DNA of 64,000 nt from Spirosoma fluviale (GCA_945901615.1 CAMDLI010000002.1:7-64006); one strand, 5' to 3'. Numbered from the stretch's first letter, positions 38,615 through 48,280 are shown. Notes: a model not told the origin generated them from the letters alone. Made by a program: numbers and translations.

Positions 38615-39715
38615 ATGTTAGCGATTAATACCACCGAAACAGTACGTGAGGGTTCCATTTTTGGACAAATCACTGCAATGGACCATGAGCAATTGGTCAT
38701 TTGTCATGACGAAGCTACAGGCCTAAAAGCACTGATAGGGATTCACAACACCGTCTTGGGACCCGCACTTGGGGGAACCCGCATGTGGCCCTACGCCACC
38801 GAAGAGGAAGCCATCAAAGATGTGTTACGCCTTTCTCGCGGCATGACTTTCAAAAATTCACTTGCAGGCTTGAATTTAGGAGGCGGTAAAGCTGTAATCA
38901 TTGGAGATCCTAAATTGAAGACCGAAGCATTTTTACGAAGATTTGGTCGCTTTGTGGAAAGCTTAGGGGGCCGATATGTAACTGCTGAAGATGTCAACAT
39001 GAAGACCTCCGATATGGAATACATGGCCTTAGAAACTCGCCATGTAACCGGCTTACCTAAAAGTAAGGGAGGCGCGGGAGATCCTTCCCCAGTAACTGCA
39101 TTTGGCGTGTACATGGGAATGAAAGCAGCTGCTAAAAAAGCATTTGGTACAGACTCCCTTCAGGGAAAGAAGATCGGGGTGCAAGGTGTAGGTCAAGTTG
39201 GAAAATACCTCATCAACTACCTCGTTAAGGAAGGTGCGGATATTTTGATTACGGACATTTTTGAAGACAAACTCCAGGAAGTGGCCAAATCAACAGGCGC
39301 GACGGTAGTTGACAGCAATGTCCTGTATGACATCCAGATGGATATTTATGCTCCCTGTGCCCTTGGTGCCACAATCAACGACCAGACCATTGACCGCCTA
39401 ACTTGTAAAGTCATTGCAGGCGGAGCCAACAACCAGCTGGAAGATGAAGCCAAGCATGGAAAAATCTTGATGGAAAAAGGCATTGTCTATGCCCCAGACT
39501 TCTTGATCAATGCTGGTGGAGTAATCAATGTGGGAGCAGAATATTACGGAGAATATCAGGAAGAGACGGTTTTTGCACAAACTGAAAAAATTTACGACAC
39601 CTGCTTGTCCATCTTAAACACTTCAGAGAAACAACATATCCCTGCTCAGCAAGCAGCAATCGAAGCGGCAAAGGCAAGAATTGAAGCGATTGGAAGAATT
39701 AAACTTCCATTTTAA
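38615..39715 (+). CDS. Glu/Leu/Phe/Val dehydrogenase (leucine dehydrogenase-like)
   Basis: GPALGGTRM, RLSRGMTFK, LGGGKAVI, TAEDV, GDPSPVTAFGV, QGVGQVG, GGANNQL, NAGG. Confidence 0.93.
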   Translation: MLAINTTETVREGSIFGQITAMDHEQLVICHDEATGLKALIGIHNTVLGPALGGTRMWPYATEEEAIKDVLRLSRGMTFKNSLAGLNLGGGKAVIIGDPKLKTEAFLRRFGRFVESLGGRYVTAEDVNMKTSDMEYMALETRHVTGLPKSKGGAGDPSPVTAFGVYMGMKAAAKKAFGTDSLQGKKIGVQGVGQVGKYLINYLVKEGADILITDIFEDKLQEVAKSTGATVVDSNVLYDIQMDIYAPCALGATINDQTIDRLTCKVIAGGANNQLEDEAKHGKILMEKGIVYAPDFLINAGGVINVGAEYYGEYQEETVFAQTEKIYDTCLSILNTSEKQHIPAQQAAIEAAKARIEAIGRIKLPF

Positions 39716-39738
39716 TCCATTCTACCCAAAGATAAATG

Positions 39739-39768
39739 ACCACTGAGCCTAGGTTCAGTGGTTTTTTT
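39739..39768 (+). terminator. Intrinsic terminator
   Basis: ACCACTGAGC-CTAG-GTTCAGTGGT followed by T run. Confidence 0.85.
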
Positions 39769-39806
39769 GTGCCTCGCCCCATGCGGAGAAGATGCACCTA
39801 ATTGCT

Positions 39807-39814
39807 TATATTTG
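39807..39814 (+). promoter_or_regulatory. -7 element TATATTTG for nusB operon
   Basis: Exact match 18 nt upstream of ATG 39833. Confidence 0.7.
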
Positions 39815-39832
39815 TGGCTCTTTATATCCCAT

Positions 39833-41017
39833 ATGCTCAACAGAAGAATCCTTAGAGTCAAAGCATTTCAGAACTTATATGCTTTTGAACAGTGTAAAGG
39901 ATCCAACATTAACATAGCCAAAGACTTTATACGAGAGTCTTTTTTACCTGACCTCAACAGCATGGAGGTTCAAGATAAGGCAGCCCTTTCCCGTGAAGGA
40001 GAGGAGGCTATCCAGATTTTTGAGCAAAACGTGGAACTAGGTCAAAAGTTGCTTCCAACTGACGCAGGGGTTAAAGTCAAGAAAATTGCTTTAGAAGCCC
40101 TCAAACAAGTGCTTGAGGCCAACGAAAAAGATCGGCAGTTTCTGTTGAAAAACATGGTGGTATCCGCCGAACGAATTCCACAGCTTTACCTCCTAGCCAT
40201 TGAGCTACTTCAGGCATTTTCCAAACATGTCGGAAAAGAGGTAGAAAAAAAGCAAAAACTTGCTGGAGATGCCCCCATTGCTTTTGGCAATGAATTGAAT
40301 CTTGCCAATAATCAAGTTTTGAAACGGCTCCGCGAATCCCCAGAATACCAGGCTGCATTGAGTCGAAATGGGGTGAACTTGGATGAACTTGAACTGGAGA
40401 TAAAGGAATGGTTCAGAGAGTACATCAAGCCAGGCGAGGAATATCAGCATTATTTGACGCTTGCAGCTCCAACCCTAGAGCAAGATTTTGAGTTGGCAGA
40501 TGAACTATTGAAAAAAATAATTTTCAAAAACGAGGTCATTCTTACCTTTTTTGCAGAAAAAGACTTGAACTGGACCGAAAATAAATCGGTCGTAAGAAGT
40601 CTTGCTGCGAAAGTTTTAAAAAACGCATCGCTCCCCGATACAGGTATGACAGAACCTCTTCCAGAAATTGCAATGAATTGGGAGGAAGACAAAGAATTTT
40701 TTGAAAATATTTTTAACTTCACCATCGCTAACGACGTAAGCAGCAAAGTACTTATCTCGGAAAAAACAAAAAACTGGGACATTGAGCGTTTGGCTTTCAC
40801 CGATAAAGTCATCATCTCCATGGCGCTTGCAGAAATGATTCATTTTCCAAGCATCCCAGTGAAAGTAACGATCAACGAGTACATTGACATTTCAAAAACA
40901 TACAGCACCCCAAAAAGTAAGCAGTTTGTAAATGGTTTGCTGGATGTTTTGTCTAAGGAACTAACCGAAAAAGGACAAATCCGCAAGAGTGGTAGAGGCC
41001 TTTTGGATAATAAATAA
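39833..41017 (+). CDS. nusB: Transcription antitermination factor NusB (long Bacteroidota form)
   Basis: MLNRRILRVKAFQ.LYA N-terminus; NWDIERLA..D, IPVKVTINEYIDISK.YSTPKS.QFVNGLLD. Confidence 0.93.
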   Translation: MLNRRILRVKAFQNLYAFEQCKGSNINIAKDFIRESFLPDLNSMEVQDKAALSREGEEAIQIFEQNVELGQKLLPTDAGVKVKKIALEALKQVLEANEKDRQFLLKNMVVSAERIPQLYLLAIELLQAFSKHVGKEVEKKQKLAGDAPIAFGNELNLANNQVLKRLRESPEYQAALSRNGVNLDELELEIKEWFREYIKPGEEYQHYLTLAAPTLEQDFELADELLKKIIFKNEVILTFFAEKDLNWTENKSVVRSLAAKVLKNASLPDTGMTEPLPEIAMNWEEDKEFFENIFNFTIANDVSSKVLISEKTKNWDIERLAFTDKVIISMALAEMIHFPSIPVKVTINEYIDISKTYSTPKSKQFVNGLLDVLSKELTEKGQIRKSGRGLLDNK

Positions 41018-41024
41018 GACCACA

Positions 41025-41327
41025 ATGGGAAAAACAACTAGTACATTAATTGCTTTCGCCTTGGGCGCAGGGGTGGGTGCAGCCTTAGGGATTTTATTTG
41101 CTCCCGATACCGGAGCGAATACCCGAGACAAACTCTCCTTTAAGCTATCCAAGTACAAGAAAGAATTGGAGGACCTCATCAATGAATTGGTGGATGGAAA
41201 AGAAATCCATCTAAATGAGGCGAAAACCGAAGGCAAGCGAGTGATCTCTGAAGCAAAAAACAAAGCAGAAGACCTTCTAAACGATGTAAACAAATTAATT
41301 GACCAAATAAATAAAGATAAAAACTAA
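41025..41327 (+). CDS. YtxH domain protein
   Basis: GAGVGAALGILFAPDTG..TR motif plus coiled coil. Confidence 0.88.
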   Translation: MGKTTSTLIAFALGAGVGAALGILFAPDTGANTRDKLSFKLSKYKKELEDLINELVDGKEIHLNEAKTEGKRVISEAKNKAEDLLNDVNKLIDQINKDKN

Positions 41328-41328
41328 C

Positions 41329-41865
41329 ATGAAAACAAGACTTCTCAGCGCCATCGCACTAGCCGTCGTATTGATCACTTCTTGCTCTCAGGGCAAAGAC
41401 GAACAAGCAGAAAAAATCAAAGCTTTAGAAGAAAAAATTGCCGCAATGGATGGGTCTAATGTACCTGTCCCAGCGGATATGGCTCAAACGACCACTTCTG
41501 CAGATCCAAGCACACTAGGATCCTTCCAGTTTAGCGAAATGGAATACGACTTTGGAACCATCAACGAAGGAAAAGTGGTTGAAAAGATTTTCAACTTCAC
41601 CAACAATGGACAAGCTCCTTTGGTGATTTCCAACATCACCGCTTCTTGCGGATGCACTAGCCCTGACTGGACCAAAGCACCCGTACAGCCGGGTGAAACT
41701 GGATTCGTGAAAGTGGTATTCAACTCTACTGCGAAGTCAGGAGCACAGTCTCCAACCGTAACGATCCAAGCAAACACAAATCCAACAGTAACTCGTCTAA
41801 GCATGAGAGGAAGTGTAACTTCTAAGGGTGCTGGCGGCGCTGCAACTGGACCTGTTAGAAAATAA
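41329..41865 (+). CDS. DUF1573 lipoprotein
   Basis: Lipobox ITSC; YDFGTI, FTNNG.APLVI, ASCGCT.P. Confidence 0.88.
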   Translation: MKTRLLSAIALAVVLITSCSQGKDEQAEKIKALEEKIAAMDGSNVPVPADMAQTTTSADPSTLGSFQFSEMEYDFGTINEGKVVEKIFNFTNNGQAPLVISNITASCGCTSPDWTKAPVQPGETGFVKVVFNSTAKSGAQSPTVTIQANTNPTVTRLSMRGSVTSKGAGGAATGPVRK

Positions 41866-41868
41866 GCG

Positions 41869-42186
41869 ATGTATTCATTTATCTTAGCTCAAGCTTCTGT
41901 CGGAAGTAGCGGTATTCTTGGCCAAGTATTTCTATTTGGATCGATCATTTTGATCATGTACTTCTTCATGATTCGTCCACAGCAGAAAAAACAAAAGGAA
42001 ACCAAGAAGTTTATCGAAGAAATAAAAAAAGGCGATGATGTGGTAACCATTGGAGGTATCCATGGAAAAGTCTACAGCGTAGAAGGTGACACCGTCTTGC
42101 TGGAACTTGACAAAGGGCTGAAGGTAAAAGTTGAAAAGTCTGCCATTTCCCTTGACTTCTCGAAAAAACCAAGTCCAACCAAATAA
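41869..42186 (+). CDS. yajC: Preprotein translocase subunit YajC
   Basis: YFFMIRPQQKKQK, KGDDVVTIGGIHGKV. Confidence 0.95.
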   Translation: MYSFILAQASVGSSGILGQVFLFGSIILIMYFFMIRPQQKKQKETKKFIEEIKKGDDVVTIGGIHGKVYSVEGDTVLLELDKGLKVKVEKSAISLDFSKKPSPTK

Positions 42187-42190
42187 CATC

Positions 42191-43156
42191 TTGCCAGATT
42201 CTAAAAAATCCCCTTGGAGAATATCCAAAAGAAAACTCTCCAATATAAAAGTGGTAGTCCTCTGCGTTGCAGCGGCTACCACTTTTTGGGTTTTAAATGC
42301 CCTCAACAAGGATAATTACAGCACCATCGTAGATTATCCAGTACAGTGGGAATACGATCAAAAAAACTTTATTCCAGTTAAGTCCCTGCCAAACAGTATT
42401 CAAATTGAAATTTCAGGGAATGGCTGGGACTTGCTACGCAAGTATTTTAATATTGGAGGCAGCCCCTACCTCATTCAACTCAATTCCCCTGCAGAGAAAA
42501 AATACCTGCTCACCGCAGACCTGAAAAGAAGTTTGGGAGAGTTTATCACCCCAACACAACTTCAAAACGTACTAGGAGACACCATCCATTACCAAATCGA
42601 TCGGATCGTAACCAAAACGCTCCGCCCAGTACTGGATACTCTAGGATACTCCTTGGATAAAAACATCGCGCTAGCAGGCAAGGTCAACTTCATCCCTGAC
42701 CAACTAGAAATCACTGGGCCTTCTTCAGTTTTGGAGGCTTTTGACGGAAAATACCCCGTAGCTTTAAATGCAACAAAAATCAATTCCGATTATTCAGGAA
42801 AGGTTCCCTTAACAGTAGATGAAAGCTTGGTTAAGCTAATTCAACTGAAGCAAAAAGAAATCCAAGTCAGCTTCTCCGTGCTTACTTACCTCGAGGGTAA
42901 CAAAAGACTAAAAATCAGAAAAGTAAATTTCCCCAATACGGTTTCGCTAACCAATGAGGAATTGGTCCCTGTCCTGAGCTATTTGATTGAAGAAGCTAAC
43001 CTTCCCCAACTGAAAGATTTAAAATTTGAGGCGATCCTAGACTATAGAAAGAGGAATCGAGCAGACAGTACGCTACAACTAGAAGTCAACCCTAATCCAA
43101 ACTTTTTGAAAGAGGTTCGAATCAGCCCTCCGCAGATTAAACTTAAATATGAGTAA
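42191..43156 (+). CDS. YbbR-like domain protein
   Basis: N-terminal TM ending FWVLNAL; conserved position between yajC and coaE; probable TTG start 42191. Confidence 0.7.
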   Translation: MPDSKKSPWRISKRKLSNIKVVVLCVAAATTFWVLNALNKDNYSTIVDYPVQWEYDQKNFIPVKSLPNSIQIEISGNGWDLLRKYFNIGGSPYLIQLNSPAEKKYLLTADLKRSLGEFITPTQLQNVLGDTIHYQIDRIVTKTLRPVLDTLGYSLDKNIALAGKVNFIPDQLEITGPSSVLEAFDGKYPVALNATKINSDYSGKVPLTVDESLVKLIQLKQKEIQVSFSVLTYLEGNKRLKIRKVNFPNTVSLTNEELVPVLSYLIEEANLPQLKDLKFEAILDYRKRNRADSTLQLEVNPNPNFLKEVRISPPQIKLKYE

Positions 43157-43763
43157 TAAACGCCCATTGCTAGTAGGCATTACAGGCGGTATCGGCTCTG
43201 GAAAATCTACCGTCTGCAAACTATTCTCCCTTTTAGGAATTCCTGTTTTCACCGCCGATGATCGCGCCAAGTGGCTGATGGTTCACGATGCGGAACTTCG
43301 AAATCAAATATCAACCACTTTTGGCGCTGACTCCTATTCGGCAAATGGAGAGCTCAATCGTGCCTTCCTTGCGGAAACCGTGTTTCCCAATCCTGAAAAA
43401 ATCGCCGCCCTAAATGGACTAGTACACCCTGCTGTACGGAAAGATTTTGAACAATGGATCACGCAACAAACTGCCCCTTACCTCATCAAAGAAGCTGCGC
43501 TACTCTTTGAAACGGGAGCGGCAAAAGAGCTCGACTATGTCATCAATGTCAGCTCGCCACTACGCGTCCGAATGGCTCGAATACTCCTTCGAGACCCCCA
43601 TCGCTCCGAAGAACAAGTCAATCAAATCATCAACCAGCAACTTCCTGACGAAGAAAAGAATGAGCTGGCAGATTTTTGCATTAAAAATACGGACAACAAA
43701 CTGCTGATTCCCCAAGTATTGGAGGTGCATGCACAGCTGCTATCCTTCGCAACTACTGCTTAA
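43149..43763 (+). CDS. coaE: Dephospho-CoA kinase
   Basis: VGITGGIGSGKSTV, LVHPAV, EAALLFE. Confidence 0.95.
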   Translation: MSNKRPLLVGITGGIGSGKSTVCKLFSLLGIPVFTADDRAKWLMVHDAELRNQISTTFGADSYSANGELNRAFLAETVFPNPEKIAALNGLVHPAVRKDFEQWITQQTAPYLIKEAALLFETGAAKELDYVINVSSPLRVRMARILLRDPHRSEEQVNQIINQQLPDEEKNELADFCIKNTDNKLLIPQVLEVHAQLLSFATTA

Positions 43764-43791
43764 CTTTTCTAGGACCAGAAATTCGTCGTCA

Positions 43792-43830
43792 AACCAAAAA
43801 AGCACCACTGTATGTGGTGCTTTTTTGGTT
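43792..43830. terminator. Bidirectional intrinsic terminator between coaE and serS
   Basis: AACCAAAAAAGCACCAC-TGTAT-GTGGTGCTTTTTTGGTT. Confidence 0.88.
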
Positions 43831-43899
43831 GATAATGCAATTTGATTTTGTGATTATCGCTTTTTCAACTTAAGGAAAGTAAGTCTTGAAGTTCAAGTA

Positions 43900-43934
43900 A
43901 GTGAGCTGTGGACCGTCTTCAGTTAGCTGTTGAC
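43900..43934 (-). repeat. Third degenerate GTCAACA heptamer array, in serS 3' UTR
   Basis: - strand GTCAACA GCTAACT GAAGACG GTCCACA GCTCACT; 26/35 identical, ungapped, to 36616-36650. Confidence 0.75.
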
Positions 43935-43946
43935 AATCTATCCTCC

Positions 43947-45218
43947 TTAAACACAATCAAAGCCTAAATAGGGGTGCAATACTTTCGGCATCCGGATCCC
44001 ATCAGGACCCTGATTATTTTCGAGAATCGATGCTACGATTCGAGGCAAGGCTAGTGCACTTCCATTTAGCGTATGTGCTAATAACGATTTTTTATCCTCT
44101 CCCTTGAACCGTAGCTTAAGGCGGTTTGCCTGATAGGTTTCAAAGTTGGACACCGAACTTACTTCCAACCAGCGTTCTTGTGCTGCCGAATACACTTCCA
44201 TGTCATAGGTCATCGCAGACGTAAAGCCCATATCCCCTCCACAAAGTCGAAGCACTCGATAGGGTAGTTCCAACTGTTGCAACAAACCTTGGACGTAGCT
44301 GCTCATCTGTTCCAAGGCCTCATACGAATGATCGGGATGCGTGATTTGAACGATTTCCACCTTGTCAAACTGGTGTAATCGATTTAAGCCTCGGACATGC
44401 GCGCCCCAAGAACCTGCTTCCCTTCTAAAACAAGGGGTATAGCCCACATTTTTGATAGGGAGGTCAGAGACATTGACTAAAACATCGCGGTAAAGATTGG
44501 TAATTGGCACCTCTGCGGTCGGGATCAGGTAAAGCTTGTCCTCACTAGCATAATACATCTGTCCTTCCTTGTCTGGAAGCTGCCCTGTGCTGTAGCAAGA
44601 ATCCTCATTTACCAAGATAGGAGGCTGTACCTCCATGTACCCAGCGGCTAAAGCCTGATCCAAGAAAAAGTTAATCAGCCCACGTTGCAGCCTTGCCCCT
44701 TTTCCTTTGTACACTGGAAATCCAGCCCCAGCTATTTTAACGCCCAAATCAAAATCAATGATGTCGTATTTCTTAATCAAATCCCAATGTGGCAATTTGC
44801 CGTCTGGAAGGCTTGGAATCTCACCATGTGAAAGAACTATCTCATTATCTTCCGCAGATTTTCCTGCCGGAACAGCTGCATGAGGCACATTCGGAAGGGT
44901 GTATAGCAATGCCTTCAACTCTTCTTCTGCCTGCTCATGTTGCTCCTCGAGCTCTTTAATCTGGGTCTTTAATTCCGCTGATCGATCTCGAACGGCTGTT
45001 GCCTCTGCAGTTTTACCCTCCTTCATCAAGATTCCAATTTCCTTCGAAATCGTATTGGCTTCAGCCTGCAACTGATCTCGCTGGGTTTGGGAAGATTTTC
45101 TCAATTCATCCAAGGCAAGTACCTGTTGCAAAGTGGCCTCTGCATGCACTTGGTTTCTTTTTTTGAGGCCAAGGAGCACTTGGTCGTAATGATCACGGAT
45201 ATGTTGTACTAAAAGCAT
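43947..45218 (-). CDS. serS: Seryl-tRNA synthetase
   Basis: LIPTAEVP, CFRREAGS, RLHQFDKVE, EVSSVSNF, HTLNGSALALPR. Confidence 0.97.
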   Translation of the reverse strand: MLLVQHIRDHYDQVLLGLKKRNQVHAEATLQQVLALDELRKSSQTQRDQLQAEANTISKEIGILMKEGKTAEATAVRDRSAELKTQIKELEEQHEQAEEELKALLYTLPNVPHAAVPAGKSAEDNEIVLSHGEIPSLPDGKLPHWDLIKKYDIIDFDLGVKIAGAGFPVYKGKGARLQRGLINFFLDQALAAGYMEVQPPILVNEDSCYSTGQLPDKEGQMYYASEDKLYLIPTAEVPITNLYRDVLVNVSDLPIKNVGYTPCFRREAGSWGAHVRGLNRLHQFDKVEIVQITHPDHSYEALEQMSSYVQGLLQQLELPYRVLRLCGGDMGFTSAMTYDMEVYSAAQERWLEVSSVSNFETYQANRLKLRFKGEDKKSLLAHTLNGSALALPRIVASILENNQGPDGIRMPKVLHPYLGFDCV

Positions 45219-45241
45219 GGTGAACTAGAGATTTAATCGTC

Positions 45242-45249
45242 CAAAGATA
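45242..45249 (-). promoter_or_regulatory. -7 element TATCTTTG for serS
   Basis: Exact match 23 nt upstream of ATG. Confidence 0.7.
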
Positions 45250-45254
45250 CGAAC

Positions 45255-46025
45255 TTATCGAACATAGATGGTCTTCGTACTGCTAGAGAAAGGGCCCTCC
45301 AACTCTTTATTAGTAGTTCTAAAGAGCTGTACTTTTACTTGATAATCTCCAACCGGAAGATTCGAAACGCGCAAGGGCACCATTGCATTTGTCTCTGTTT
45401 GGTATGCATTGATCCAGATTTTGACTTTCAAGCCATCCAACTTTAAATCGCCACCCAGCACCAAAAAATCCAAAATCAAGTCTTGACCAAAGGGAACAAT
45501 TTGTTCATTTTTCGGCAAGTTGATGGCCAAGTAGGGTTCGGCAGAGTATGGAAAGGGACGAGAATCCCCCACTAAAAAGTCTCGATCCAGGTAATTCCCG
45601 AAATTTTTTAAGGATAGCCCCTTTTGATCTACCAAAAAAGCAACTGTTCGGTAGGTACCTCGGGCAAGCTCTCGCTGAAATATGGGAGCTGAGAAACCTT
45701 CTGGGCCGCCTCCATTCAAGATCATCTGCAATCGTGGCGCTGCAACTCCCTTCGTTTTTAGGGAAAAATTCTTGATGTTGAACTCAAAAGGAACTTTTCC
45801 TGGCTTGAATACCTGATTACTCAAGGGAGTATTGAGTTCTAGAATCGCGTCTGGAAACAAGGTTAGGGAGTCTACAGGCAGAAAAGTGACTGGCAGCGGG
45901 GCCACTTCGGGAAGAGCGGTCGTTCCCTCCACCACGGCTGGCGATTCCTTAGTTTCCTTAGGGCCTGAGGAACAAGAAATAACCCATAAACTCACGATCA
46001 GTAGGGAAATCTGGATTTTATTCAT
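45255..46025 (-). CDS. Hypothetical lipoprotein with two beta-rich (Ig-like) repeats
   Basis: Lipobox VISC, Pro-rich linker, two similar halves (P.....F/V..G.....F.I/V ... L..G.Y). Confidence 0.7.
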   Translation of the reverse strand: MNKIQISLLIVSLWVISCSSGPKETKESPAVVEGTTALPEVAPLPVTFLPVDSLTLFPDAILELNTPLSNQVFKPGKVPFEFNIKNFSLKTKGVAAPRLQMILNGGGPEGFSAPIFQRELARGTYRTVAFLVDQKGLSLKNFGNYLDRDFLVGDSRPFPYSAEPYLAINLPKNEQIVPFGQDLILDFLVLGGDLKLDGLKVKIWINAYQTETNAMVPLRVSNLPVGDYQVKVQLFRTTNKELEGPFSSSTKTIYVR

Positions 46026-46101
46026 GGAATCGCATCAATTGAGGTTAAAGATATTTATTTTTGAAGAATTTAAAGAAAGTACCACTTAATCTACCGCATC
46101 C

Positions 46102-47079
46102 ATGGAAATTTTGTTTGATGAAATTCCGAGTTTGGATTTAGCCGATTTCACGGCTGGCAATCCTGAAAAAAAGTCCGAATTTGTTCGCAAGCTTGGAGAA
46201 GCTTACCAGAACATTGGATTTGTGGCCATCAAAAACCATGGATTAAGCAAGGAGCTCCAAGATCGACTTTATTCCTCCATTACTACTTTTTTTACACTGC
46301 CAGATGCTGTAAAGTCGCAGTATGAAAAACCAGAAATCGGATACCAAAGAGGCTATACAGGCAAGGGAAAAGAGCATGCCAAAGGAAGAAATACGGGAGA
46401 CTTGAAAGAGTTTTACCATGTAGGACAGGACCTGGCTGCTATTCCAGATGCTGATCCCATCAAATCCGAGTATCCAGCCAATTGCTGGCCGCAAGAAATC
46501 CCCCAATTCCAGGAAGATGCTTTGGAAGCATACCGAACTTTGGAAAATGCCGGACGTCAAATGCTCCGTGCCATTGCACTAAGCTTGGGCTTGGAGGAAA
46601 CTTATTTTGAAGACAAAGTGATTCATGGCAATTCCATCCTTCGTCAGATTCATTATTTCCCAATAGAAAACCCGGATGAGGTGCCTGCCGATGCCGTAAG
46701 AGCTGCTGAGCATGGGGACATCAACTTGATTACCCTGCTGATGGGAGCAAGTGCGGATGGCCTTCAAGTACTTCGTCGAGATGGAAAATGGATTCCAATC
46801 ACCGCCTTGCCTGACCAGTTGGTGGTGAATGTCGGAGATATGCTGGAGCGTTTTACCAACAAAAAATTGAAATCTACCATCCACCGTGTGGTCAACCCTC
46901 CTCGCGAGAAGATGCATACCAGCAGGTATTCCATCCCTTTCTTTATGCATCCACGTTCAGAGATGGATCTCAGCTGTTTGCCTAGCTGTATTACTGAAAC
47001 TGAACCCAAGCAATTTACGGACATCACCGCAGGTGAGTTTTTGGAGGAAAGGCTACGTGAACTAGGACTACGGAAATAG
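46102..47079 (+). CDS. 2-oxoglutarate/Fe(II) dioxygenase, isopenicillin N synthase family
   Basis: IGFVAIKNHG, HxD (EHGD), GLQV, VVNVGDML, STIHRV, RYSIPFF. Confidence 0.92.
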   Translation: MEILFDEIPSLDLADFTAGNPEKKSEFVRKLGEAYQNIGFVAIKNHGLSKELQDRLYSSITTFFTLPDAVKSQYEKPEIGYQRGYTGKGKEHAKGRNTGDLKEFYHVGQDLAAIPDADPIKSEYPANCWPQEIPQFQEDALEAYRTLENAGRQMLRAIALSLGLEETYFEDKVIHGNSILRQIHYFPIENPDEVPADAVRAAEHGDINLITLLMGASADGLQVLRRDGKWIPITALPDQLVVNVGDMLERFTNKKLKSTIHRVVNPPREKMHTSRYSIPFFMHPRSEMDLSCLPSCITETEPKQFTDITAGEFLEERLRELGLRK

Positions 47080-47080
47080 G

Positions 47081-48280
47081 ATGTCTATTCGGGCGGTCCG
47101 GTATGTAGTCTTCCTAAGAGATACCTTGACCCTATCTCTGACCGCTTTTGGTGGCCCACAGGTGCTGCTGTCCATGATGCTCGAGCGCATGGTCAAAAAA
47201 AGGGGTTACATACAGGAGGAGGAACTTTGGGAATTAAATGCGCTTTGCAGCATGCTACCAGGTCCCTCCTCCACCCAATTAATCTCTGCAATTGGATTTC
47301 GGGTGGGTGGCCCTCGACTTGCCTACCTGACCTTGTTAGTCTGGATCCTTCCCGCGACAATCGCGATGATTTTAGCGGCTATTCTTATCCATTTTCTGCA
47401 AGTAAACAGCCCAAAAGCACTCCAGTTTGCCAAGTTTATCCAACCTATGGCCATTGGATTCCTCATTTTTGCTGCGCAAAAAACAATCACAAAAATGATC
47501 AAAACCCCCGAAGCCATCGTCTTGATGCTGCTTTCGGCTTTTGTTTCCTTCTTCTACAGCTCCCCCTACATTTTTCCTGTGATGCTCCTCTTGGGAGGGC
47601 TCAGCACGTCCATCAAGTATAAAAACCAACCCAAAGTCGAAGAGGACAAATCATTGCATATCAAATGGAGCAATTTCTACCTCTGGGGAGGGGTTTTGAT
47701 GGTTGCAGCCGTTGCGGGGGCCATTACCAAATCCCAGCCCATCTTGCTTTTCGAAAATTTTTACCGCAATGGAAGCTTGATTTTTGGTGGCGGGCAGGTA
47801 TTGATTCCCTATTTGTATGCTGAATTTGTGGATTTAAAGCATTTCTTGAGCTCGGAAGAATTCCTTACCGGCTATGCCTTGTCCCAGGGCATCCCAGGGC
47901 CTACCTTTTCCATCTCCTCCTACATTGGTGCGCTTTCCATGCGGGAATTTGGCCTGATGGGATTTGTGACGGGAGGACTGATTGCGACAGCAGGGATTTT
48001 TCTTCCTGGGATCTTTTTGATTTTCTTCGTCATTCGATTTTGGGATCAGCTCAAGTTATACCGTCCCGTTCGAGCCGCTTTAGAAGGGATCAATGCTGTT
48101 TCCTGCGGCATGTTACTGGCAGCTGCCTACCTACTTTTCGAACCTTTGGAGGCAAATCTTCTCCATATATTTTTTATTCTAGGTACCTATTCCCTACTCC
48201 AATTCACCAAAATATCCTCCCCCATTATCGTAGTAGGAGGGGTTTTATTGGGGATTTTGTTTCAAAACTTCCTAGCCTAG
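47081..48280 (+). CDS. chrA: Chromate ion transporter (CHR) family efflux protein
   Basis: AFGGP, LPGPSSTQ, IFGGG, IPGPTF in two homologous halves. Confidence 0.9.
   Translation: MSIRAVRYVVFLRDTLTLSLTAFGGPQVLLSMMLERMVKKRGYIQEEELWELNALCSMLPGPSSTQLISAIGFRVGGPRLAYLTLLVWILPATIAMILAAILIHFLQVNSPKALQFAKFIQPMAIGFLIFAAQKTITKMIKTPEAIVLMLLSAFVSFFYSSPYIFPVMLLLGGLSTSIKYKNQPKVEEDKSLHIKWSNFYLWGGVLMVAAVAGAITKSQPILLFENFYRNGSLIFGGGQVLIPYLYAEFVDLKHFLSSEEFLTGYALSQGIPGPTFSISSYIGALSMREFGLMGFVTGGLIATAGIFLPGIFLIFFVIRFWDQLKLYRPVRAALEGINAVSCGMLLAAAYLLFEPLEANLLHIFFILGTYSLLQFTKISSPIIVVGGVLLGILFQNFLA

Noticed and set aside
39727-39734. Minus-strand TATCTTTG pointing antisense into the dehydrogenase 3' end
   Set aside because: No matching -33 TTG at the expected distance, and a motif with six fixed bases occurs often by chance.
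39833-40700. NusB much longer than E. coli NusB
   Set aside because: Extended NusB is the normal Bacteroidota form.
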